Notes under the pieces: model-generated
Told to the model about the DNA's origin: nothing
Databases searched by the model: none
What the model saw: only the letters and a program-made list of their open reading frames with translations
Program-made: the position numbers and the translations under genes
Origin: Marinobacter sp.
GTDB lineage: Bacteria; Pseudomonadota; Gammaproteobacteria; Pseudomonadales; Oleiphilaceae
DNA: 64,000 nucleotides
Direction of reading: 5' to 3'
NCBI GenBank assembly: GCA_002718255.1
Contig: PBED01000028.1
Location: 45,271 to 109,270, forward strand
In this document: positions 57,763-64,000 of the stretch, in pieces
How positions within the stretch are numbered: the first letter of the stretch is position 1
Layout: every line of letters begins with the position of its first letter

Positions 57763-59103
57763 TCAGATCCCTACCATCTGGCGTAATGCCGTGATCGGGC
57801 GACGGAACAGGTAGAACGCAAGGGATACGCGCGGACCATCGAGCCTCGCGGTTCCACTCAGCCCCACCCGCAGATAAGGGCGCTCTTCGGTAAGCTTTGC
57901 CGTAACCCGGTAAACCAGCTCGCCCTGCTCACTCACAACTGGCTGATAGGCTGCTCGTAGTACTTCTCCGGGCACGGGTTCAAGAGGATGCGCATCCAGG
58001 AAGAGCTTCAAAGGTGCTCCAGGCTCTAAGACGACCGCGTCACTTACCGGTAGAGTCACACTCAACTCGAAGCTCGTCGGGTCAGCCAACAGCATGACTC
58101 GCTCGCCGGTCTGGACCGGCTTACCAGCCCATTTGCTGCGATCATCGAAAACTGCGATACCAGAATGCTCCGCTTTGATGACGACCTTTTCAAGTCGACG
58201 CTCTGCGAATTGCAATTCCGTGCGTCTCAGCATTGCTTCAGCCTCAAGAGTCGCCAGCGCTGCACGGCTTTCGGCACTATCGAAGGACTCCTGTTGCGCA
58301 CGACGATAGCGGGCCTGCGCCACCTCCAACGCCTCTCTGGCTACTTCAAACCGATTGCGCGCTTCCAGATCCTCAAACCGGACCAATGGTTGGCCCGCTT
58401 CAACCCTCGCGTTTGGTTCGACCAGTACACTCTTGACCACCCCCTGCATCGGAGCGGCAACAACGGTGGGATTCAGGGCGACAACTTCTGCCGGTGCGAG
58501 CGCCGTTAGTTTAACCGGCAGCGACAGCACAAGGGCAATCAATAGCAAGACAGAAAACCAGAGTGACCGGCGTTTCAGCCAGCGTCTTGCATCACCACGC
58601 TTGCGCTTCGGATTGAATGCGCCAAGTGCATGTCCGTAAACTTCGCCCAGGTGTTCAAACAGGTAGCGTTCGTTCTGGGAAAAAGCCGCTTCACGAGCCA
58701 CCCATAGCCATCCGACCGCATCGCCATCGGGTGGCGCCAGGGGCACAAGGATCGCTGTGGGCGGGCTGAGATCCGACCAGGCATCCCGATCCCAGTCAGA
58801 AAGATTATCGGGAACGACCGGCACTGAGCCATGATGGTCTAATGGCAAACTTTGTGCCACCCGCTCCAGCCACTGAACATAGGGTGTACTGCGATCCACC
58901 GCAGGGACATCTGAAATCGCTGAAACGTGAAGGCCACGGAGATCCGGCTCAAGTATCGCGGCGTGACGATAGTCAACAACGCTTCGAGTTTCATTAACAG
59001 CTACAAACCGGAGGCCGGCCAGGGAATCAGCTGCACGAGCCCGCCGTTCAACGTCGAAAAGAGCCGACAGACTTGCGGAGCTAAGCGGCAACTCACTTGC
59101 CAT
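57763..59103 (-). CDS. GAF-like domain plus HlyD/MFP adaptor
   Basis: VVAAPMQGVV...VEPNARVEAGQPL, coiled coil, LRVGLSGTARL. Confidence 0.83.
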   Translation of the reverse strand: MASELPLSSASLSALFDVERRARAADSLAGLRFVAVNETRSVVDYRHAAILEPDLRGLHVSAISDVPAVDRSTPYVQWLERVAQSLPLDHHGSVPVVPDNLSDWDRDAWSDLSPPTAILVPLAPPDGDAVGWLWVAREAAFSQNERYLFEHLGEVYGHALGAFNPKRKRGDARRWLKRRSLWFSVLLLIALVLSLPVKLTALAPAEVVALNPTVVAAPMQGVVKSVLVEPNARVEAGQPLVRFEDLEARNRFEVAREALEVAQARYRRAQQESFDSAESRAALATLEAEAMLRRTELQFAERRLEKVVIKAEHSGIAVFDDRSKWAGKPVQTGERVMLLADPTSFELSVTLPVSDAVVLEPGAPLKLFLDAHPLEPVPGEVLRAAYQPVVSEQGELVYRVTAKLTEERPYLRVGLSGTARLDGPRVSLAFYLFRRPITALRQMVGI

Positions 59104-59130
59104 CAGGAACTCCATTCATGGGCGATTCGA

Positions 59131-59871
59131 TCATTGCGATTCTTCCCCCGGTCGTCCCGGAAAACGGGCAGTACCACTCATGCCGGGGCGTAAATCCCCA
59201 TTGTCGCTACTCAAACGAGTCCAGACAGGCAAGGTATGACTGACAGGGTCTACCGCCGCTCCGATGCGGACAACCTGACCTTCAACCATAGTGCCGGTTT
59301 CCTCCACTGAGAAAACGACTTTCTCATCGTTTTCAAGCCATGTCAGCCACGTAGCCGGAATGATGATTCTTGCCTCAAGTTGCTGCCCAACAACTTCCAG
59401 CAACTTTTGTTGAGGCTGGACGCTCTGATATTCGCTGATATGTTGCTTAACAACTCGACCATCAAAAGGGGCTTTTACAAGGCAACGATCGGAATTAAGA
59501 CGGGCGATTTCTAACTCTGCAGCTTTTTCCTGGACCGCCAGATCCGCCAAATTAACCTCAAGCGTGCCAACGGCATCAAGGTTCGACAGCCGCTGCTTAT
59601 TGTCCAGAACACGCTCTGCTTGCCTCAAACGGATAGCCACCTTTTGCCGCTCTGCTTCGTACAGTGCGCAACCTATCTGCGCCAGTGTCTCGCCTTTACT
59701 AAAGCTGTCACCCTCTCGCTTGGGCAACGATGCCACCAGACCACTCAGCTCACTGGACAGAACAGTGCGCTGAGCCGCCTCAACGACGCCTCGGGGCAAC
59801 TCGGCAAAAGCAGTACCACTGGTCAGCGACACGAGGGTCAGCAGAAAAAGCAATCGGGCGCAGCGGCTCAT
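59131..59871 (-). CDS. RND/HlyD periplasmic adaptor
   Basis: Signal peptide; REGDSFSKGETL, KAPFDG, VDPVSHT, LRPGMSG. Confidence 0.87.
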   Translation of the reverse strand: MSRCARLLFLLTLVSLTSGTAFAELPRGVVEAAQRTVLSSELSGLVASLPKREGDSFSKGETLAQIGCALYEAERQKVAIRLRQAERVLDNKQRLSNLDAVGTLEVNLADLAVQEKAAELEIARLNSDRCLVKAPFDGRVVKQHISEYQSVQPQQKLLEVVGQQLEARIIIPATWLTWLENDEKVVFSVEETGTMVEGQVVRIGAAVDPVSHTLPVWTRLSSDNGDLRPGMSGTARFPGRPGEESQ

Positions 59872-59882
59872 CTGGACTCCAT

Positions 59883-60572
59883 CTAATTGATCAAACGGTG
59901 AAAATTGCTTAACGACATCCAGTGGGCATGAACAGCCTCAAGCAAACCACTCCGGGCCCAGTTGGCCAACGTGGCATCACTGAGACTGGTAAGCCGGTCC
60001 CGGTTAACCAGGCAAACACCGGTTATGCGCCTGGCAACTTTGCCATCCTTTCTGAGGTCGAGATGACGTTCAATCAGAACACCAGAATCGGTGAGCGCCT
60101 GGAAGTGTCCTGGAACGGCATTGGCCTCTTTCTGGAAACGCTTCAAAAATGCGATAGCCTCTGCGACAGAGCCTTGCGTCACCACGCTCTGACCATCAAA
60201 AAGAGGCTCGCCTTCTTCGACACTGAAATGGGGGGCCTTCGGATCAATCAATACAGCGTGTTGTCCATCCCGGGCCTCTTGGGGAGCGAGTGCAAAGGGA
60301 TATTTGCGAATAAAAGCCGGCAGATAACCGGCTGTCCAACGCCCGGACTCGTCTACAAACCGATTGATTCCATCGCTGTCACCAAGAATGGCCACCGGGC
60401 GCTGGGGCGAGGCCGCCGGAAAAACAATGGGGAAGTGCCTGGATGCTTCCCGCATTTCGTTGAACATCAGTGGCACCTGGCTGATCGCGCCTGCAAACCG
60501 GTAGTCCGCGACCTTTCTCAGACACAAACGGCCATGGCGGCTTGCGCTCATGGTCTCAAGTTGCTGGAACAA
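59883..60572 (-). CDS. SapC family protein
   Basis: EASRHFPIVF, YLPAFIRKYPF, GLLEAVHAHWMSLSN. Confidence 0.85.
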   Translation of the reverse strand: MFQQLETMSASRHGRLCLRKVADYRFAGAISQVPLMFNEMREASRHFPIVFPAASPQRPVAILGDSDGINRFVDESGRWTAGYLPAFIRKYPFALAPQEARDGQHAVLIDPKAPHFSVEEGEPLFDGQSVVTQGSVAEAIAFLKRFQKEANAVPGHFQALTDSGVLIERHLDLRKDGKVARRITGVCLVNRDRLTSLSDATLANWARSGLLEAVHAHWMSLSNFHRLIN

Positions 60573-60616
60573 ACATAACTCCTGCCGTGAGGCTAGTTAT
60601 TACCGGCATGTCCGGG

Positions 60617-61336
60617 TTATTGACGCCCCAGAACACGAAGCTCAACCCGACGATTCCGCTCACGTCCAGTCTCCGTATCATTGGCCGCCCGGGGTTCACT
60701 CTCGCCATATCCCTGTACGGTCAATCGAGCTGGATCGATGCCATTGTCCACGAAAAAATCACGCACGGTGCGTGCCCGTCGCAGGGACAGATTACGATTG
60801 TATTCACTTGCACCCTGAGAGTCCGTATGGCCACCAATTTCTACCCGCAGGTCCCCACGGCGAAGAATGCCCAACTGATTTTCCAAAGCCTGCTCCGCCC
60901 CCGGAAGTAGGTCGGCGCTATCGAGAGCAAACACCACACCCTTGAGCTCAACCTGCTCACAACCATTGGACAATACATCAGCGCCTGCTGGAGAGTCAGG
61001 GCATTCATCCAGGCGGTCAATGACGCCGTCATTGTCTGAATCGTTTGGCTCCGGTTCCGGTCTGGGCTCACTTCGTTCGCTTGCCTCGACCCCGGGTTGC
61101 ACGCCGTCAAGTCCACAACGCCGAGGCTCGCCCGGAGCCGCAAAATGCACGTTCTCACAGGTACGACAGTCGTCGCCCATATAGGCTGTCAGCCCTGACA
61201 GTTCCGATGTGCAGGCTCTGGGCACGGGCAGATCCTCACTAATACCGGTTGCACAGCCGGCAGTGACGCCTGCCACTCCAACGATAACGAAGGCGAATAA
61301 CGTACGATGAATCCTAAGGGTCTTACCCGGCATCAT
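60617..61336 (-). CDS. OmpA family lipoprotein with TSP3 repeat
   Basis: TAGC lipobox, DSDNDGVIDRLDECP, GHTD...NRRVE. Confidence 0.87.
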   Translation of the reverse strand: MMPGKTLRIHRTLFAFVIVGVAGVTAGCATGISEDLPVPRACTSELSGLTAYMGDDCRTCENVHFAAPGEPRRCGLDGVQPGVEASERSEPRPEPEPNDSDNDGVIDRLDECPDSPAGADVLSNGCEQVELKGVVFALDSADLLPGAEQALENQLGILRRGDLRVEIGGHTDSQGASEYNRNLSLRRARTVRDFFVDNGIDPARLTVQGYGESEPRAANDTETGRERNRRVELRVLGRQ

Positions 61337-63141
61337 ATTGAGGCTCCCGTTTGAAGCGTAAAGAAGTCACGGGCAAAGACGCCGCTGTCGTGTTGTGCAC
61401 GAACCATGAGACTGACGGGCTCAGCATTCGATGAGTCCTCTGCACGGAAAGTCCGCGTGTCCGGGTCAAAGCTGAGCCACTCCGGCAACGCATCGCCGTT
61501 GGCCAGCTGGGCCGTGTATTGAACGGTTCCCTCAACAGAGAAGGTGTCTTCGGCAAAGCGAAATGAGGCCGCACCCTGGTCATCGGCAACTAACCGGGGG
61601 TTTTGATCATCAATAGGCAGTACAACCGCTGCGATATGCCCCTGCTGCCACTGTAATTGGCGCTCCTCAATCGCTTCAGCCAGACGCGCGGGCGTCTTGG
61701 CCTCGGCCGGATACGGATCAAGCCCCATGCTCTTGAAGATGCGAGCAAAGGCATTCTGGATCTGGGCGTAGGCCAGGTCCCTGCGCAATTCTGCAACCAG
61801 GGCGTTGAGGCGCTCTTTGATGACCTGCAATTGTCCGCTGCTGTTTGACTGCTCCTCACGCTGAACGAGATCGGAAATTCCACGGGATACATCGAGATAG
61901 GTTTCCGCCGTTTCCAGCTTGCGCCCGGAACTTTCGAACTCCAGCAACGCCAGATGCAGCTGCGTCAAAACGGCGATTGAGGCGGCAAGACGCTTTTCGC
62001 GAGCCACTTCAACACCCATTTCAGCCGCCTTACTTTCGCTGTTGGCCTTGAAAATGTTGAGCAGGTCCCAGCTCACTGCAGCGCCAACGCTACCCCATTC
62101 ATTGAAGCGCAGAAACCGGTTGCTATCGTATTCATACCCGGCGCTGAGGCTGAGGTTCGGGAACATTTTCAGGAAGGCTGCTCTCACTTCCTTACGGGAG
62201 ATTCTTTGTTCGTATTCTGCAGTCCGGATTTCAGGACGTAACAGAAAAGCGGTCCGCTCCATGGTGGGCAAATGCATTGGCAGCGATGGGGCAGCAATGT
62301 CATCGGTGTCATAATCCGGAAGCGGGATTTCCGTGCTTGGCGGCAAGCCCATCAATCGGGCCAGACGCTTTTCAGCACCAATCAGCTCCTCCTGCAGACT
62401 TGCCAGCGATCGTTTAATATCAAGCAGGCCGCGCTGGTAAGACAGCGTATCCATGGGGTTTGCCAGGCGCTCTCGCTGGATCTGGCGACTGCGCTCAAGC
62501 GCGGCATCGACTTCATCCATGAGCGGACCGACCTTGCCCAGCAAACGCTCGGCTGACACCGCTTTCCAGTAGGCAGTACGTACATCCTGAGCGAGATTCT
62601 GAACCGCTTTACGTTCCTGCTCCTGGGCAATCAGGTACTGATCAGCCTTTTGCTGGGCGCGCACGTAGGACAGGCCAAAGTCGAGAACGCTCCAGGTAAA
62701 GTCGACACCGTAGGTGGTGCGCTCCTTTTCCTGCGATACCGAAAAGGTCTGACCGCCGCCACCGCCTTGGGGTTCTCCGTTGATAAACGGCACGCTCTCT
62801 GTTGCGGCGTATTCGGTGCGCTCGGTATACCCAGCCCGAGCCGTGAGGGAGGGCAGCATGTCGAAATTGGCCACATCAAGCTGACGGTATCTCAAGGCCG
62901 CACGCATCGCGCTGACGCGCCGGTCCCGATTATGCAGTAGAGCCCTCGCGATGGCTTCTGAGGGTCGCAGGTCGTGCTCGATCCTGTTCTGGGATTTCTC
63001 AAGAGCGATGCGATCACTTCTCGCCTGATCGTCAAGCTCAACGCGCTGAACCGGACTCGGTGTCACCGCGCAACCTGCCAAAAGGATCACAGGCACGATC
63101 ATCCCTGCGCGAGCAGGACGTTTCCTGACATGGGTTTTCAT
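61333..63141 (-). CDS. TolC family outer membrane lipoprotein with C-terminal cadherin/Ig-like domain
   Basis: LLAGC lipobox, WSVLDFG, VSWDLL; tail LANGDALPEWLSFDPDTRTF. Confidence 0.87.
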   Translation of the reverse strand: MKTHVRKRPARAGMIVPVILLAGCAVTPSPVQRVELDDQARSDRIALEKSQNRIEHDLRPSEAIARALLHNRDRRVSAMRAALRYRQLDVANFDMLPSLTARAGYTERTEYAATESVPFINGEPQGGGGGQTFSVSQEKERTTYGVDFTWSVLDFGLSYVRAQQKADQYLIAQEQERKAVQNLAQDVRTAYWKAVSAERLLGKVGPLMDEVDAALERSRQIQRERLANPMDTLSYQRGLLDIKRSLASLQEELIGAEKRLARLMGLPPSTEIPLPDYDTDDIAAPSLPMHLPTMERTAFLLRPEIRTAEYEQRISRKEVRAAFLKMFPNLSLSAGYEYDSNRFLRFNEWGSVGAAVSWDLLNIFKANSESKAAEMGVEVAREKRLAASIAVLTQLHLALLEFESSGRKLETAETYLDVSRGISDLVQREEQSNSSGQLQVIKERLNALVAELRRDLAYAQIQNAFARIFKSMGLDPYPAEAKTPARLAEAIEERQLQWQQGHIAAVVLPIDDQNPRLVADDQGAASFRFAEDTFSVEGTVQYTAQLANGDALPEWLSFDPDTRTFRAEDSSNAEPVSLMVRAQHDSGVFARDFFTLQTGASI

Positions 63142-63218
63142 TTGGTCAGACAACCGTTTTCTCCCTTTTATTCTGATAACCACTGTTTGGTATTGCCGGG
63201 CGGCAATGGCCAACATTT

Positions 63219-64000
63219 TTAATGACTGATGCCGAGAGCGGCCAGCATTCTATGGCCGTGTGGCGCTTCATATGCATCGCCCGTGGCGGCCAACGCAGAT
63301 CGAACCTGATGCTCAAACGGCTGCCAGTCACCGCTGTTTGCTTCGGCAGGCCTATCCAGATTCAGGTCGATCTGAAGTGTTCGGTTTTCTCCATCAGACT
63401 GTTCGGCAATGATCTGAATGGACAGCTCTTCAGTTCCCTCGGGCACGGTACCGGTAATCTGGCCAGTGGCTGGATCAACCGTCAGACCCTGGGGCAGAGG
63501 CTCACCGTCAGACAGACGCCCGACATAGCGAGTCACCTCTGCCGCGTTAGTGTCCGCAATCGTAATATCAATCCGCCTTGCCGCAACTTCCATGGATTCC
63601 GCTATCAAGCCAATCCCTGACTCCTGGCCGGAATTGACCGTGACCTGCCCGTCAATGCCAACCGAGACTTCCATGCGATGATAACCCGAGCCAGCGTCAG
63701 GCAATCTTTGGCTCTGGGGATCGACCACATTGCCCTGTTGATCAATGATCACTTCCCGGGTCAACGTATTACCGTCCTGATCCACTCCGATAACACGAAT
63801 CTGGGCCCTGTCAGTCCCCGGCGGCAGCTGACCTTTGATCTCACCCGTGTCCGGATCAACGGTCAGTCCTTCCGGCAGAGGACTGCCATCCGCCTGGGTT
63901 GCCTGGTAACGAAGCTGACCGACTATCTGGTCCGTACCGTCAGTGAACGGCGATAAGCCTGTGTCCAACGCATCCCTGAATAGCATGGGGCCTGCGCCGG
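63219..64000 (-). CDS. C-terminus of a large adhesin with cadherin/He_PIG repeats (runs off the right edge)
   Basis: Two repeats ADGSPLPEGLTVDPDTGEI and SDGEPLPQGLTVDPATGQI; frame open to the window end. Confidence 0.8.
   Translation of the reverse strand, partial: GAGPMLFRDALDTGLSPFTDGTDQIVGQLRYQATQADGSPLPEGLTVDPDTGEIKGQLPPGTDRAQIRVIGVDQDGNTLTREVIIDQQGNVVDPQSQRLPDAGSGYHRMEVSVGIDGQVTVNSGQESGIGLIAESMEVAARRIDITIADTNAAEVTRYVGRLSDGEPLPQGLTVDPATGQITGTVPEGTEELSIQIIAEQSDGENRTLQIDLNLDRPAEANSGDWQPFEHQVRSALAATGDAYEAPHGHRMLAALGISH

Noticed and set aside
1-64000. CRISPR arrays, tRNA/rRNA genes, reverse transcriptase, intact integrase or transposase
   Set aside because: None recognised by eye.

Overview
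This is a gammaproteobacterial chromosome window; gene content and order look Marinobacter-like (inference). Positions ~1-48,390 are a GC-rich, densely coding backbone: tmcA (partial, missed by the ORF track), a UvrD-like helicase, an OprF-like OmpA, lasT, dadA, PPK2, TatD, several c-di-GMP and two-component genes, acnA, an SCO+MCP pair, a rhomboid, a complete proteobacterial dedicated sortase locus and mgsA. Two copies of a ~108-bp palindromic element with a shared core also lie in the backbone. At ~48,394 a solute-binding-domain gene appears cut off and an AT-richer accessory region begins. It holds a DUF1778/GNAT toxin-antitoxin pair with its operator, two overlapping unknown genes, a promoter-to-terminator structured ncRNA candidate convergent with a YjaZ/HtrC-like gene that is coupled to a decayed tyrosine recombinase, and a run of cassette-like genes separated by degenerate attC-like sites ending in an AAA+ ATPase. 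The right end is a type I-like secretion cluster with no visible ABC ATPase (adhesin, TolC, OmpA, SapC, three HlyD-type adaptors, one fused to an M50 peptidase). The top candidate novelty is the recombinase-YjaZ-like protein plus convergent ~150-nt RNA module (50,895-51,900), a possible RNA-protein toxin-antitoxin or defence system. No tRNA, rRNA or CRISPR array was seen. All family calls come from motif recognition by eye, not from database searches.
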